Counted from the first letter of the stretch, positions 20,124 through 32,249 are shown. The stretch: DNA of 64,000 nucleotides from Rhodospirillales bacterium (GCA_018666775.1 JABIXC010000011.1:12881-76880), one strand, 5' to 3'. Program-made: numbers and translations. The notes: a model not told the origin generated them from the letters alone.

Positions 20124-21005
20124 TTATTCCAGGCAGGCCTTGATGGCGAGGATCAGGCGGCGAAACCGTGACAGGCGCAAGCGTTGGTCAATGACATCGG
20201 GGGCAAAGCCACGATGGCGAAGTCTGGCCAACAGGTCTTCATAGACCCCGATCATCATCCGGGCCGGGCGGGATGGGGTTTTGGGGCACGCCTTCAAAAC
20301 CCGGCGTGCCGAATAGAACCGTTCATCGGCGATTTTCGCCATGTCCGCGGCCACTTTGGGAAAGTTGGGGTGGGCCAATACAGTCTTTGGGTCCCGGCTT
20401 TCAATACCATGGGCTTCCAGAAATTGTCGGGGCACGTACAGGCGACCCGCCACTGCGTCTGCGCCAAGATCGCGCAAAAAATTAGTAAACTGCAACGCTT
20501 GGCCCAAAGACAAGGCAAGGCTGCGCCCTTCGGGGCGCGGCAGGCCAAACACCGAGGCCGACAACATGCCAACGGCCCCGGCAGCCCTGCGGCAATAAAG
20601 CTCTAATTCCAAAATGCCCGGGGCGAGCATGCGTTCGGCCGCATCCATTTCCATGCCTTCAATGATGGCAAGAAAATCATCGGCATGAAGATCAAACCGT
20701 TTGATGACCGGGATCAATGCTTTTGCGGCCCCATGGCTGACGGGCTCATTTGCGAACAGGGCTCGGATTTCATTGCGCCAAAATTTTAGGCCCGCCTGTT
20801 TTTCAGGGAGCGACCCTGGCCCATCGGCAATATCATCGACAATGCGGCAAAACCCATACACCGCATAGATGCCATCACGGCGTTCGCGGGGCAAAATCCG
20901 CATGGCCCAGTAAAAAGAAGATCGGGTTGAGGCACTTTTGCCCGGTGCCACCTTCGGGGACAAGTTCGGGGATAAGTTCGGCTGAAGTTCTGTCACATCA
21001 CCCAC
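20124..21005 (-). CDS. hpnD: presqualene diphosphate synthase HpnD (squalene/phytoene synthase family)
   Basis: SSFYWAMRILPRERRDGIYAVYGFCRIVDDIADG matches the HpnD signature. The N-terminus carries an NLSPNLSP duplication. Confidence 0.8.
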   Translation of the reverse strand: MGDVTELQPNLSPNLSPKVAPGKSASTRSSFYWAMRILPRERRDGIYAVYGFCRIVDDIADGPGSLPEKQAGLKFWRNEIRALFANEPVSHGAAKALIPVIKRFDLHADDFLAIIEGMEMDAAERMLAPGILELELYCRRAAGAVGMLSASVFGLPRPEGRSLALSLGQALQFTNFLRDLGADAVAGRLYVPRQFLEAHGIESRDPKTVLAHPNFPKVAADMAKIADERFYSARRVLKACPKTPSRPARMMIGVYEDLLARLRHRGFAPDVIDQRLRLSRFRRLILAIKACLE

Positions 21006-21020
21006 CCGTGCAATCCGGGG

Positions 21021-22943
21021 TCAGGCAATGGTTGTGTTTTGATGCCCGCTTTCGCCCAGGGCGGAAAGCACCGTGGCAACGATGCTGTCTGCATCCAGCC
21101 CGGCTTTGGCGTATTGGATTTTGGGCGCATCATGATCGATAAAGCGATCGGGCAACATCATCGGGCGCACTTTCAGGCCGCTTTCGGCCAAGCCCTGATC
21201 TGCCAGAAATTTCAGGACGTGGGCTGCAAAGCCGCCAACAGCGCCTTCTTCGATGATCACCAAAACCTGATGGTTGCGCGCCAATTGGGCGACCAAATCT
21301 TCATCCAGCGGTTTGGCAAACCGGGCATCGGCCACCGTTACGGACCAGCCCTGCGCGCCCAGGTCATCGGCGGCCTTGAGACATTCCCCAAGACGCGTAC
21401 CAAAACTGAGCATGGCCACGGTATTGCCTTCGCGCAAAATACGGCCCTTGCCAATTTCCAGCGCCGTGCCGGTGGCGGGCAGTTCAACCCCAACCCCTTC
21501 GCCGCGCGGATAGCGCAGCGCGCTGGGCCGGTCATCAATGGCCGCAGCAGTGGCAACCATATGAACCAGTTCCGCTTCATCCGAAGGGGCCATCAACACA
21601 AAGCCCGGCAAACAGCCAAGATAGGCAATATCAAAGGCCCCGGCATGGGTTGCCCCATCGGCCCCAACCAGCCCGGCCCGGTCCAGCACAAAGCGCACAG
21701 GCAGGCCCTGAATGGCAACATCGTGCACGATCTGGTCGTAGCCCCGCTGCAGGAACGTTGAATAAATGGCACAAAATGGCTTCAGCCCTTCTGTGGCAAG
21801 CCCTGCGGCAAAGGTCACCGCATGTTGTTCGGCGATGCCCACATCGAATGTCCGTTCAGGATATTGTTCTGCAAACACATCCAACCCGGTGCCCGATGGC
21901 ATGGCGGCAGTAATGGCGACAATTTTTTCATCGCGCGTGGCTTCTTCCACCAGCGCATTGGCAAACACTTTGGTATAGACCGGGGCGTTGGTTTTTGCTT
22001 TCACCTGTTTGCCGGTGACCACATCAAACCGGCTAACGCCGTGATGTTTGTCAGGGGCTTCTTCTGCCGGGCCATAGCCGTGGCCTTTTTTGGTCACCAC
22101 ATGGAGCAAGACCGGGCCTGTTTCTTTTGAATCGCGGATGTTTTTCAGCACCGGCAAAAGATGATCCAGATTATGGCCATCGATCGGGCCGATATAGAAA
22201 AAGCCAAGCTCTTCGAACAAAGTGCCACCGGTCACCATGCCACGGGCGTATTCTTCTGCCCGTTGGGCGGCCTGTTTAATGGGCCGGGGGAATTTATCTG
22301 CCATCACCTTGCCGAAGTGGCGAAGGGAGCGATAGGATTTCGATGAAATCAGCCGCGATAAATACGCGCTCATGGCACCAACGGGTGGGGCAATGGACAT
22401 ATCGTTGTCGTTCAAAATGACGATCAGGCGCGAATCCATAAAGCCCGCATTGTTCATGGCTTCATAGGCCATGCCGGCACTCATGGCGCCATCGCCGATC
22501 ACACAAATCACTTCGTTGTCGCCACCGGCCAGATCGCGCGCAACGGCCATGCCCAGCCCGGCGGAAATTGATGTAGAACTATGCGCCGTACCAAAGGGGT
22601 CGTATTTGCTTTCAGACCGTTTGGTAAACCCGGACAGGCCGCCGCCTTGGCGCAAGGTGCGGATGCGCTCACGGCGTTCGGTCAATATCTTGTGGGGATA
22701 GCTCTGATGGCCAACATCCCAGATTAGGCGATCATCGGGGGTGGAAAAAACGTAATGAAGGGCCACGGTCAATTCCACAACCCCAAGCCCGGCCCCCAAA
22801 TGGCCGCCGGTGATGGAAACCGCATCAATGGTTTCGATGCGCAATTCATCAGCGACCTGGCGCAGGTCACTTTCTGCCAATTCGCGCAAATCGGCGGGCG
22901 ATGCGATGGTATCCAGCAATGGTGTGGTGTTGGTTTCAGTCAT
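21021..22943 (-). CDS. dxs: 1-deoxy-D-xylulose-5-phosphate synthase
   Basis: A 640 aa protein with a TPP-binding [18 protein letters not shown] motif and [10 protein letters not shown]. Confidence 0.95.
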   Translation of the reverse strand: MTETNTTPLLDTIASPADLRELAESDLRQVADELRIETIDAVSITGGHLGAGLGVVELTVALHYVFSTPDDRLIWDVGHQSYPHKILTERRERIRTLRQGGGLSGFTKRSESKYDPFGTAHSSTSISAGLGMAVARDLAGGDNEVICVIGDGAMSAGMAYEAMNNAGFMDSRLIVILNDNDMSIAPPVGAMSAYLSRLISSKSYRSLRHFGKVMADKFPRPIKQAAQRAEEYARGMVTGGTLFEELGFFYIGPIDGHNLDHLLPVLKNIRDSKETGPVLLHVVTKKGHGYGPAEEAPDKHHGVSRFDVVTGKQVKAKTNAPVYTKVFANALVEEATRDEKIVAITAAMPSGTGLDVFAEQYPERTFDVGIAEQHAVTFAAGLATEGLKPFCAIYSTFLQRGYDQIVHDVAIQGLPVRFVLDRAGLVGADGATHAGAFDIAYLGCLPGFVLMAPSDEAELVHMVATAAAIDDRPSALRYPRGEGVGVELPATGTALEIGKGRILREGNTVAMLSFGTRLGECLKAADDLGAQGWSVTVADARFAKPLDEDLVAQLARNHQVLVIIEEGAVGGFAAHVLKFLADQGLAESGLKVRPMMLPDRFIDHDAPKIQYAKAGLDADSIVATVLSALGESGHQNTTIA

Positions 22944-23050
22944 GGTCCACGGAGTATCAAAAAAGCCAAAGAAAACCTAGGAAAAAGACCATAGCAGATT
23001 TTGGCCATCCCCCCGGCACATAACACGAAACCTGCTGATTTTTAAAGGTT

Positions 23051-23839
23051 TTATTGAATTTTACGGCAATTTGCGATCAAACCCCAAAGCCCGCCAAACA
23101 CAACCGCCAGCCCAAACCCAATGCGCGACAGGGCCACCCTTTGGGAAAGGGGGTCTTTGCGCATAAGCATCCAGACAAGCCCACGGCCGACGGCCACAAA
23201 AACGCCGGCCTCCATCGCAAGACGCCGCCCCTTCACAACACGGGGCAAAACCATGGCATCATCAAGCAAGGCCTCTACGTCTATCAAAACGCGATCAAAA
23301 ACCTTTTTGAGCCCGGGCGTTGACCGATCTTCTCCAAGGGCCGCCACAGAAACGCATTCGTCCGAAAACCAGGGTTCCGGGATATAGACGCGATCCAGCG
23401 TTTTATAATCATCCCCGCAATCTTGAAGATGATTGAGAATTTGCAAGGCCGCGCACAACGCATCGACCGCGTGTTTGGCACGCCAATCGCGTTCACCATA
23501 AAGATCGAGAAAGAAATGCCCGACCGGGGCTGCAGAAAGCGCGCAATAAGCCAGCAATTCATCCCAGTTTGAATAACGATTTTTATAAACGTCCTGAACA
23601 AAGGCCTTGATCAGGTCACCGCCAAAAATTTGGCGCTCCGGGCTTAAGCTCGCGCGCAGGGCATCAAGGCGCGCAAGTTTTTCTTCCTTCTTTAAGCTGG
23701 GGTCATCGGCGATATCATCGCCGGTGCGGGCAAAGGTGTAAAAATTACGGATGGCGTCACGGGCCCAAACCGGGGTCAAAAACGAAGCTACGGGAAAGTT
23801 TTCTTCCCCTGCCTGTTTGCTGGGAAATGCCCTATCCAT
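23051..23839 (-). CDS. hpnC: hydroxysqualene synthase HpnC (squalene/phytoene synthase family)
   Basis: ENFPVASFLTPVWARDAIRNFYTFARTGDDIADD matches the HpnC signature. Confidence 0.75.
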   Translation of the reverse strand: MDRAFPSKQAGEENFPVASFLTPVWARDAIRNFYTFARTGDDIADDPSLKKEEKLARLDALRASLSPERQIFGGDLIKAFVQDVYKNRYSNWDELLAYCALSAAPVGHFFLDLYGERDWRAKHAVDALCAALQILNHLQDCGDDYKTLDRVYIPEPWFSDECVSVAALGEDRSTPGLKKVFDRVLIDVEALLDDAMVLPRVVKGRRLAMEAGVFVAVGRGLVWMLMRKDPLSQRVALSRIGFGLAVVFGGLWGLIANCRKIQ

Positions 23840-23849
23840 TTTTAATCCG

Positions 23850-24851
23850 TTATTGATCCACCATAATCACCGTGCGCCCGCGCACCCGGCCGCCGATGAT
23901 TTCATCAGCAAGTCCCAAAACATCCGATAGTGGAACCACCGTCCGCATGGCAGCAAATTGATCAGAGGTAAGCGTCGATGCAATCCTGGCCCAGGCTTCT
24001 TTACGTTCTTCAATGGGGCCATACCCCCCATCGATGCCCACCACCCGGGTGCCACGCAATAAAAACGGCAGCAATGAAATTTCAGACTGGTTGGATGCCG
24101 CCAATCCACAAGATGCAATGACGCCGCGTTTGTGCAGCGATGACAACACAGTTGAAAAAGTGCCCCCACCGACAGAATCAATACACCCCGCCCAACGCCG
24201 GACCATCAAGGGCCGCTCGGGCCCATTTTCCAGCTCAGACCTAGAAATAACCGATGCCGCACCCAAAGACTTTAGGTAATCGGCCTCTTCCATGCGGCCC
24301 GTCGATGCTTCGACCCGGTAGCCAAGTGCCGATAGGATGGTAATGGAAACAGACCCAACCCCACCGGCCGCACCGGTGACCAGAATATCGCCAGATTTGG
24401 GGCTTACCCCTTCATGCTCCATAAACATAACCGACAACATGGCTGTTAAACCTGCGGTGCCAATGGTCATGGTGTCCTGGGTTGTCATGCCATCGGGCAC
24501 AGCCACCAGGCAATCACCGCGCGTGCGCACATGGGATGCGAACCCCCCGGACGTGCTCTCTCCCGTGCCATACCCGTTCAACACAACCTTATCGCCAGCT
24601 TTAAAATCGGCGTGATCGGAATCTTCCACCACGCCCGCAACATCAATGCCCGGAATAAAGGGGAATTCTTTCAGGTTATAACCCAGACCCTTCAGCATCA
24701 TGGCGTCTTTGTAATTGAGCGACGAACATTCAACCCGGATCAACACATCGCCATCGGCCAGAACGGAGCCCGGAATATCACCCAGTTTGCAAACCGGCGG
24801 CGTGCCACCAGATTCCAGATAAAGCGCGCGAATGGTTTCAGGTGTTTTCAT
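23850..24851 (-). CDS. MDR-family NADPH-dependent oxidoreductase (YhdH/AcuI-like putative quinone or acrylyl-CoA reductase)
   Basis: A 333 aa protein with a GAAGGVGS cofactor motif and zinc-free MDR architecture. Its start overlaps the pyrC stop (ATGA). Confidence 0.8.
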   Translation of the reverse strand: MKTPETIRALYLESGGTPPVCKLGDIPGSVLADGDVLIRVECSSLNYKDAMMLKGLGYNLKEFPFIPGIDVAGVVEDSDHADFKAGDKVVLNGYGTGESTSGGFASHVRTRGDCLVAVPDGMTTQDTMTIGTAGLTAMLSVMFMEHEGVSPKSGDILVTGAAGGVGSVSITILSALGYRVEASTGRMEEADYLKSLGAASVISRSELENGPERPLMVRRWAGCIDSVGGGTFSTVLSSLHKRGVIASCGLAASNQSEISLLPFLLRGTRVVGIDGGYGPIEERKEAWARIASTLTSDQFAAMRTVVPLSDVLGLADEIIGGRVRGRTVIMVDQ

Positions 24852-25921
24852 AACACGGGTCCTTTGTTTGTCGGCCCAATGCCCACCACCCGCCAGCCAA
24901 GGGTTTCCCCTGCCATAAAGGGTCGCACGGCATCTTCGCCCGAAACATCAACCTGTTCGGGCACTGTAAAATCAGCCCGTTCCAAAATCAGGGATTCTTC
25001 ATTCACAGGAAGGCCATAAAATTCCGCACCAAAATGGGATGCAAAATTTTCCAGCCGGGCCAAATGCCCTTCTTCTTCAAAAACGGTTGCGTAAATTTCC
25101 ATGGCGATGGGCGCGTTAAAAATTCCGGCACAGCCACACGCGCTTTCCTTTGCCCCAATGCCATGGGGGGCTGAATCGGTGCCCAAAAAGAATTTTGGAT
25201 TGCCCGAAACGGCAGCTGCACGCAGGGCCAACCGGTGGCTTTCACGCTTGGCCACGGGCAGACAATAAAGATGGGGCCGAATACCGCCTTTAAACATATC
25301 GCTGCGGTTAATCACCAAATGATGGGGCGTCACGGTCGCGGCCAGCGTTTCGGGGCCATCGGTCACAAAATCCACCGCGTCTTTGGTGGTGATGTGTTCA
25401 AACACGATGCGAAGTTTTGGGAAATCTTTCATCACCCCGGCCAGGACGCGTTCAATAAAGACCGCTTCACGGTCAAACACATCGACATCCCCGTCCACCA
25501 CTTCGCCGTGGACCAGCAATGGCATATCAATCTTTTCCATCCGGGCCAGAACGCCAGCGATTTTGGCAACATCGGTTACCCCGTGTTCGGCACCGGTTGT
25601 GGCATTGGCGGGATACAGCTTTGCCGCAATGACCACGCCGCCCTTATAGGCCTTTTCCAGATCATCGGCGTTGGTGTCATCGGTCAGGTACAGCGCCATC
25701 ATCGGCGTAAACCGCGCGCCGCCAAAGCCAGCCTTTTTGATCCGGTTGCGATAGGCGGCGGCATCTTTGGCGGTAACCACCGGATTTTTGAGGTTTGGCA
25801 TGACCATCGCGCGGGCGAAAACCCGGGCGGTTTCAATCGTCACCGCGCCCAGCATGGCACCGTCGCGCAAATGCACGTGCCAATCATCAGGCCTGCGAAT
25901 GATCAATTGTTCGCCCATCAT
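24848..25921 (-). CDS. pyrC: dihydroorotase (homodimeric type II)
   Basis: RRPDDWHVHLRDG... and later FLGTDSAPH. Confidence 0.85.
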   Translation of the reverse strand: MMGEQLIIRRPDDWHVHLRDGAMLGAVTIETARVFARAMVMPNLKNPVVTAKDAAAYRNRIKKAGFGGARFTPMMALYLTDDTNADDLEKAYKGGVVIAAKLYPANATTGAEHGVTDVAKIAGVLARMEKIDMPLLVHGEVVDGDVDVFDREAVFIERVLAGVMKDFPKLRIVFEHITTKDAVDFVTDGPETLAATVTPHHLVINRSDMFKGGIRPHLYCLPVAKRESHRLALRAAAVSGNPKFFLGTDSAPHGIGAKESACGCAGIFNAPIAMEIYATVFEEEGHLARLENFASHFGAEFYGLPVNEESLILERADFTVPEQVDVSGEDAVRPFMAGETLGWRVVGIGPTNKGPVL

Positions 25922-25991
25922 GTCTTATCCCGTTTTTGTGCATTCCATGGATAAATCAGTTTTGCCCCCGGTGCAAATTCGGCCAAGCGCA

Positions 25992-27026
25992 TCATGAAAG
26001 GATATCGTTGTAAAAAGCCAAATACCGGGCCGCCACCGCCCCTTCGGTAAAGGTTTCATCGAATTCCTTGCGCGCATTGGTGACAAGGGATGCGCACAGG
26101 GCATCATCATCCATCAATTGGTCCATGGCAGCTGAGAGTGCCTCTGCATCATCCATGGGCACCATAAGGCCATTTTCGCCGTTTTTGATCAAGCCGAGCG
26201 GCCCTTTGGCATCGGCCGTGATCAACGGGGTATTCTGGACCCAGGCCTCAATCATCACCGTGCCAAACGGCTCATACCGCGATGGCATGACACAGTAATC
26301 AACGGCGGCAAACAAGGCTGCGCGATCATCGCGCCAACCCAGGATGCTTACCCGGTCCCCCACATCAGCGCTTTCAATCTGGCGGATCAATTCGTCTCTC
26401 AGTTCCCCCTCCCCGGCGATCCAGACATGGGCGCGCGGGGAAAGCGTTGCCGCTTCAATTAAAATATCAAAGGCCTTTTTGGTATGCAGTCGGCCCAGGG
26501 CCAGAAACAACGGCGCATCCGGCGGCGTCCCGAATGCCGCACGGTCAACGGGTGGGGCACTTTCCAAATGGGCAAAGGTTGGGATGTAATGGGCGTGGGA
26601 AACATCTCTGCCGCCAGCAATTTGATGATCGCGAATATCCGGGGTCACCCCAACCAGATGATCACAGTGTGTGTAATTGCTGACTTTGTAATAGCCGCCG
26701 AACCAGCCAACATGAACAAAGGCCGCATTGTTTGGCCGGGACACGAAACGGGTGGAACGGTTCATCCAGCTTTGCACCACATCGGGGGCGAAATCATCAA
26801 TGATGGTCGCCAGTTTTCCCTTGGTCGTGAAATCAAGCAAGCCACCGAACGCAAGTTCTGCCACATCCAGCCCGGCGTCTCGCAACTGGGCAGCCCGGGC
26901 CGCGTTTTTACGGATGACCACTTTTTGTTCAAGGCCGACCCGATGCAGGGCGATCACCATATCGACAAAATAGGTTTCCGCCCCGCCATGTTCGGCACCG
27001 GCCATAATTTGCAGCACCCGCATCAC
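25992..27026 (-). CDS. glycosyltransferase family 4 (GT-B, group 1)
   Basis: MRVLQIMAGAEHGGAETYFVDMV and a C-terminal EPFGTVMIEAW motif. Confidence 0.8.
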   Translation of the reverse strand: MMRVLQIMAGAEHGGAETYFVDMVIALHRVGLEQKVVIRKNAARAAQLRDAGLDVAELAFGGLLDFTTKGKLATIIDDFAPDVVQSWMNRSTRFVSRPNNAAFVHVGWFGGYYKVSNYTHCDHLVGVTPDIRDHQIAGGRDVSHAHYIPTFAHLESAPPVDRAAFGTPPDAPLFLALGRLHTKKAFDILIEAATLSPRAHVWIAGEGELRDELIRQIESADVGDRVSILGWRDDRAALFAAVDYCVMPSRYEPFGTVMIEAWVQNTPLITADAKGPLGLIKNGENGLMVPMDDAEALSAAMDQLMDDDALCASLVTNARKEFDETFTEGAVAARYLAFYNDILS

Positions 27027-27985
27027 GCAGCGCCTTTCGTTTTTTCAAGCAATTCAAGGGCGGCGCGCTCAACCGCATCAACGCCAAGACCGCCCATCAA
27101 GGACCCGGTATTTTTGACATCTAAATCGGGGGCAAACAATTCTTCAAATGATTGGGGTGTGCGAACCACCGCACAATGGGGGCCAAAGGGCGCATACAGA
27201 TCATCGCGCGTTGGCCCAAAAAGACCAAGGGTCGGCGTTTGGGCCGCCGCTGCCATATGCATCAACCCGGAATCATTGCCAACATATAACGCTGCCCTTG
27301 CCATGCAGGCATAGGCAGACAAAAGCGACACGCCATCAAATACCTCAATCACATCGCTGCCTTGATCCTTGATGTCCTTTATCAAGGGCGCTGCGGTTTC
27401 CCGCTCCCCCGGTGCGCCCAGCACCATGACACGGGCACCGGCCAGCGGTGCATTTGGTGCGGTTAAGCGACGGGTGAGGTCGATAAAGTTTTCAATGGCC
27501 CATTCCTTGCCCCGCCAATTGGCTGTGGGGCCAAGGGCCAGCACCGGGGTGCCATCAGGCACCAGTTGCTTTGCTTCTTCTTCGTGGGACGGTAAGGGCC
27601 ATAATTTGGGTGCAGCGACATCATCCAACCCTAAAAATTTTGAAAGCTGGATTACTCTGGCCACAGGCGCGCGGTTGGTGTGATAGGCATAGCGTTTGCC
27701 CCGCATTAAAATCAGGGTTGCCAAAGACCCCCGCAAATCAACCACCACATCCCAATATTGGGTGATGGTTTCCCCGATAAAATCCAGCCAATGGCCGTTA
27801 AAGCGCTTCTTTTTAAGGGCAATCACCCGTTCCAACCCCGGAACGCCTTCAAACAAGGGTGCCGCCACCGGCCCACAGGCAACGGTGATCGCAGCGCCCG
27901 GATGCATCGCAATCAGGCGGTTTAAAAGCCCCGTAGACAATATCGCATCGCCTATCCGGGTCGAGGTGACAAACAAAATTCGCAT
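27023..27985 (-). CDS. glycosyltransferase family 9 (LPS heptosyltransferase-like)
   Basis: MRILFVTSTRIGDAIL and later GNDSGLMHMAAA, both GT9 signatures. Confidence 0.8.
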   Translation of the reverse strand: MRILFVTSTRIGDAILSTGLLNRLIAMHPGAAITVACGPVAAPLFEGVPGLERVIALKKKRFNGHWLDFIGETITQYWDVVVDLRGSLATLILMRGKRYAYHTNRAPVARVIQLSKFLGLDDVAAPKLWPLPSHEEEAKQLVPDGTPVLALGPTANWRGKEWAIENFIDLTRRLTAPNAPLAGARVMVLGAPGERETAAPLIKDIKDQGSDVIEVFDGVSLLSAYACMARAALYVGNDSGLMHMAAAAQTPTLGLFGPTRDDLYAPFGPHCAVVRTPQSFEELFAPDLDVKNTGSLMGGLGVDAVERAALELLEKTKGAA

Positions 27986-28072
27986 TGATCGGGTTATACA
28001 GGCACCGAGGACCCCTTGCCAAAGGCTTTTGGGTCCATTACCTGATGGGGGGTTAAAAAGCGGCGGAGAAAT

Positions 28073-29005
28073 TTGATGTTAATGGATAGCCAAAAATGCC
28101 TCATCGTGATGGATGATCGTGGCGTCATCAGCCTTGGGGGGGACGATGTGCGCGATTTTCTCCAAAACCTGATCACCCAGGATATCGCAACCCTGGAACC
28201 GGGCCATGGCGCATGGGCGGCCCTTTTAAGCCCTCAGGGCAAATACCTGTTCGATTTTTTCGTGGTCGCCATGAATGATGGTTCCCTGATGCTCGATTGC
28301 GAAGCATCAAGGGTGTCCGACCTGATTGCCCGGCTTGAAACCTATAAATTGCGTGCAGATGTGGAAATTACCGATGCCTCCACGCCCTGGACGGTCGCGG
28401 CCCTTTTGGGCACAGAGGCTGATTCCCGAGCACTTGTCGGGTTTGAAGGCCGGGGTGGACCATTTGGCGGCGGGGTATGTTATGTCGATCCCCGGTTTGG
28501 TGCCATCGGTGCGCGCGCGCTTTTACCCCGCCCTGCCCTTGCCGCACTTTTGGGGGCTGGCTTTGAAGAACAAGACCGCGATGCCTATGATCACGCCCGC
28601 ATCTGTCTGGGCCTGCCCGATGGTGCGCGCGATTTGGCAATCGACAAAGCATTGCCCCTTGAAAACGGGCTGGATGTGCTGAACGCCATCAATTGGGAAA
28701 AAGGCTGTTATGTGGGCCAGGAACTGACCGCGCGCATGCGCTATCGCGCCACCGTGAAACGCAGGCTATTGCCGGTGGCCATCGAAGGCGATGCACCAAA
28801 GCCCGGGACCCTGATTATGTTGGGCGATAAAGAAGCCGGTGAAATGCGTTCATCCTTTGAAGACATCGGCCTTGCCCTGTTGCGGCTAGACGCCCTTGCC
28901 ACCCTGCACGAAAAAGGCGGCGTGTTGACCGCAGGCGACACCACCCTGTCGCCCCTGCGCCCACCCTGGATGACCGCATCCAGTGAAGAACCGCCTATTG
29001 GCTAG
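28073..29005 (+). CDS. ygfZ: YgfZ/CAF17-family folate-binding Fe-S cluster repair protein
   Basis: [16 protein letters not shown] motif. Confidence 0.8.
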   Translation: MMLMDSQKCLIVMDDRGVISLGGDDVRDFLQNLITQDIATLEPGHGAWAALLSPQGKYLFDFFVVAMNDGSLMLDCEASRVSDLIARLETYKLRADVEITDASTPWTVAALLGTEADSRALVGFEGRGGPFGGGVCYVDPRFGAIGARALLPRPALAALLGAGFEEQDRDAYDHARICLGLPDGARDLAIDKALPLENGLDVLNAINWEKGCYVGQELTARMRYRATVKRRLLPVAIEGDAPKPGTLIMLGDKEAGEMRSSFEDIGLALLRLDALATLHEKGGVLTAGDTTLSPLRPPWMTASSEEPPIG

Positions 29006-31074
29006 CCTTCGATTTTTGAGAAATCCGCGACCTGATTGACGGCCGCGCGAATGCGCGCCAAAAGGTTCAAGCGGTTGGCCCGAAGCTTTGCGTCATCATC
29101 ATTGACCGTCACATCATCGAAGAATTTATCAACGGCTGCGCGCAGATGCGCAAGGGCACCCATGGCTGCGGTGAAGTCTTCGAATGACAAGGCCATAGCC
29201 AGCGCTTTTTCTTCCAGATCCAAAATCTTGTTCAGATCTTTTTCAGGTCCATCCACCAAAAGGCTTTCATCGATGGTGCCTTCATAGGTGTTCTTATCTT
29301 TCTTTTCTTCGATGGCAACGATATTGGCCGCACGCTTGTAAGCGATCAAAATATTGGCGCCATCATCGGTGTCCAAAAATTTAGCCAATGCATCGACCCG
29401 GGCAAGCAAGCGCACCAGATCATCTTCCATGCCGCCTTCTTGTTTCGGGGTCGCAAACACGGCCTCAATCAAATCATGGCGCACGCCCAAACCCCGCATT
29501 TGGACCTTTAGGCGATCTGCAAAGAAGGTAAGCAATTCAGATTCATCAAGGGCCATTTTTGAGCCATACCCACTAAGGGCTGCCGGAATAATTTCTGACA
29601 ATGAAATCCGCAAATTATTTTCGGTAATGATGCGGATCACGCCAAGGGCGGCACGGCGCAGCGCAAACGGGTCACGGGACCCTGTGGGCTTTTCATCAAT
29701 GGCAAAGAACCCAACCAGAGAATCGATTTTATCGGCCAAGGCAACGGCCATGGTGATGGGTTCTGTCGGGCACGCGTCACCCGGGCCTTGGGGTGAATAA
29801 TGGCCGGCAATGGCCTCGGCAATATTTTTATCTTCACCATCATGAAGGGCGTAATAGCGCCCAATCAGGCCTTGTAAATCGGGAAATTCGCCAACCATGC
29901 CGGTCACCAGATCGGCTTTGGCCAGATGGGCTGCGCGGGTGGCTGCATTGCGATCTGCATCGGGGATGTATTCGCATAATTCTGCGGCCAGACTTTCCAT
30001 GCGGTCCACCTTGTCGCCAACGCTTCCCAATTTCACATGGAAGGTGACGCCCGAAAGACCGGCGGTGCGGCTTTCCAGTTTTTGCTTGCGGTCTTGGTCC
30101 CAGAAAAAACGTGCATCGGACAGGCGCGCGCGCAGTACGCGTTCATTGCCTGCCGCCACCATCTTGCCGCCATCATCGGTGCGCATATTGGCAATGGTAA
30201 TAAAACGCGGCGCCAAAGTGCCATCGGCATTTTCAAGGGAAAAATATTTCTGATGGGTCCGCATGGAAGATGTCAGAACCTCTGCCGGGACTGCCATAAA
30301 TTCATCATCAATGCCCCCGATCAAGGCTTCGGGCCATTCCACCAGTCCTGCGACCTCTGCCAAAAGGGCGGGGTCATCTTGCAATGCCAGGCCTTCTGCT
30401 TCTGCCAATCGGGTGGCATCTTGTGTGATGATCTCTGCCCGTTCCCCATGATCCAAGACAACAAAGGCGCTGCGGAGTTTGGCCTGATAATCGGCAAAAT
30501 CTGTCACAGTGATAGGGTCCGGTGCCATAAAACGGTGGCCCCGGGTGGTGTTCCCGGACGTTTTTCCCGCAAAGGAAAAATCAACCACGGAACCCGCGAA
30601 CAGGCAGGCAATGGCATGAAGCGGGCGCACCCAGCGGGTATCATTGGCCCCCCAGCGCATGGATTTGGGCCAAGGCAATTTTGCAATGGCTTGAGGCATA
30701 ATATCTGACAACACATCACGTGTTGGGCGACCTTTTTGTTCAATCACCACAAAGTAAAATTCTTTGCCCTTTATTTCGCGCTTTTCGCATTGGTCCAGCG
30801 TAAGACCATTGGCCTTTAAGAACCCGGCCATAGCTTTTTCCGGCGCACCTATTGGCGGGCCTTTGCGTTCTTCGGATACATCGGGCTGTTGTTCGGCCAA
30901 ACCATCGACCACCAGACACAAGCGCCGGGGCGTGACATAGGCCCGGGCATCATCGAACGCGAGGCCTGCGTCTTTCAAACCGTCACACACCAACCGCTTC
31001 AGATCATCGGCGGCGCGCACCTGCATGCGGGCGGGAATTTCTTCGGACAAAATTTCCAGTAATAATTCAGCCAT
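29002..31074 (-). CDS. glyS: glycine--tRNA ligase beta subunit
   Basis: [19 protein letters not shown]-terminus, about 690 aa. Its start overlaps the glyQ stop. Confidence 0.9.
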   Translation of the reverse strand: MAELLLEILSEEIPARMQVRAADDLKRLVCDGLKDAGLAFDDARAYVTPRRLCLVVDGLAEQQPDVSEERKGPPIGAPEKAMAGFLKANGLTLDQCEKREIKGKEFYFVVIEQKGRPTRDVLSDIMPQAIAKLPWPKSMRWGANDTRWVRPLHAIACLFAGSVVDFSFAGKTSGNTTRGHRFMAPDPITVTDFADYQAKLRSAFVVLDHGERAEIITQDATRLAEAEGLALQDDPALLAEVAGLVEWPEALIGGIDDEFMAVPAEVLTSSMRTHQKYFSLENADGTLAPRFITIANMRTDDGGKMVAAGNERVLRARLSDARFFWDQDRKQKLESRTAGLSGVTFHVKLGSVGDKVDRMESLAAELCEYIPDADRNAATRAAHLAKADLVTGMVGEFPDLQGLIGRYYALHDGEDKNIAEAIAGHYSPQGPGDACPTEPITMAVALADKIDSLVGFFAIDEKPTGSRDPFALRRAALGVIRIITENNLRISLSEIIPAALSGYGSKMALDESELLTFFADRLKVQMRGLGVRHDLIEAVFATPKQEGGMEDDLVRLLARVDALAKFLDTDDGANILIAYKRAANIVAIEEKKDKNTYEGTIDESLLVDGPEKDLNKILDLEEKALAMALSFEDFTAAMGALAHLRAAVDKFFDDVTVNDDDAKLRANRLNLLARIRAAVNQVADFSKIEG

Positions 31075-31933
31075 TGGCCCGGCTCTCAATCCAGGCTTCA
31101 CAGCAGCCCTTTGACAGATCGCGTACTCGCCCGATATAGGCGGCGCGCTCCGTGACCGAAATCACGCCGCGCGCATCCAATAGATTAAACAAATGGCTGG
31201 CCTTGATGCATTGGTCATAGGCTGGCAGGGCCAAACCTTGGTCCAGCAATGCCTTGCATTCGGTCTGGGCCTTGGTGAAGCCTTCGGTCAAACCCGTTGT
31301 GTCGGCATGTTCAAAATTATATGCGGAAAATTCGCGTTCATTTTGCAAAAACACGTCACCATAGGTGACGCCTTCGCCATTCCAATCCAGATCATAAACA
31401 TTTTCGACGCCCTGGACGTACATTGCCAACCGTTCCAGCCCATAGGTGATTTCTGATGTCACCGGTGAACATTCAATGCCGCCCACTTGTTGAAAATAGG
31501 TGAACTGGGTGACTTCCATGCCATCACACCAAACTTCCCAGCCCAGCCCCCAGGCACCCAATGTCGGGCTTTCCCAATCATCTTCGACAAAGCGGATATC
31601 GTGCAATGCGGGCGTAATGCCAAGGGCCGCCAAAGACCCCAGATACAAATCCTGAACATCTTCGGGGGATGGCTTTAACACCACCTGATATTGATAGTAA
31701 TGCTGCAATCGGTTAGGGTTTTCACCATAGCGCCCATCGGTGGGCCGCCGGCAAGGCTGCACATAGGCCGCGCGCCACGGATCAGGACCAAGGGCGCGCA
31801 ACGTCGTTGCCGGATGAAAGGTGCCAGCACCCATTTCCATGTCATAGGGTTGCAAAATGACACAACCCCGTTCGGCCCAATAGGCCTGGAGTGTCATTAT
31901 CAATCCCTGAAAGCCGGGTTTTTCCCCCGCCAT
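31067..31933 (-). CDS. glyQ: glycine--tRNA ligase alpha subunit
   Basis: [24 protein letters not shown] motif. Confidence 0.9.
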   Translation of the reverse strand: MAGEKPGFQGLIMTLQAYWAERGCVILQPYDMEMGAGTFHPATTLRALGPDPWRAAYVQPCRRPTDGRYGENPNRLQHYYQYQVVLKPSPEDVQDLYLGSLAALGITPALHDIRFVEDDWESPTLGAWGLGWEVWCDGMEVTQFTYFQQVGGIECSPVTSEITYGLERLAMYVQGVENVYDLDWNGEGVTYGDVFLQNEREFSAYNFEHADTTGLTEGFTKAQTECKALLDQGLALPAYDQCIKASHLFNLLDARGVISVTERAAYIGRVRDLSKGCCEAWIESRANG

Positions 31934-31970
31934 CGTTTCCTAACCTTTCACCATCAGGCGCGCATGCCTG

Positions 31971-32201
31971 TTATTTAATCATTGGACAGTCATCACGCCC
32001 ATCGGGGCATTCCGCCAAATTCCTTGGGCCATAGCTGTCACAAACCGGGCACTGGACAAGATCAAGCTGGGCATCTTCATTCCCATCATCAATTTTTTCC
32101 GTGCCGCCCTTACTTTTCAGTTCCAGCCATTTAAAGCCATACCAAACGGCCCCGATAATCAGGGCGAGGACAAGAAGCTTAGGGATGCTCAATCCAAACA
32201 T
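31971..32201 (-). CDS. small membrane protein with a C-terminal Cys-rich (zinc-ribbon-like) tail
   Basis: An N-terminal transmembrane helix (LLVLALIIGAVWYGF) followed by CPVC...C...C. Confidence 0.35.
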   Translation of the reverse strand: MFGLSIPKLLVLALIIGAVWYGFKWLELKSKGGTEKIDDGNEDAQLDLVQCPVCDSYGPRNLAECPDGRDDCPMIK

Positions 32202-32249
32202 GGCAGAGTTTTAATCGGACAACGGCAAAAGGGCAAGGAATGGCATGAC

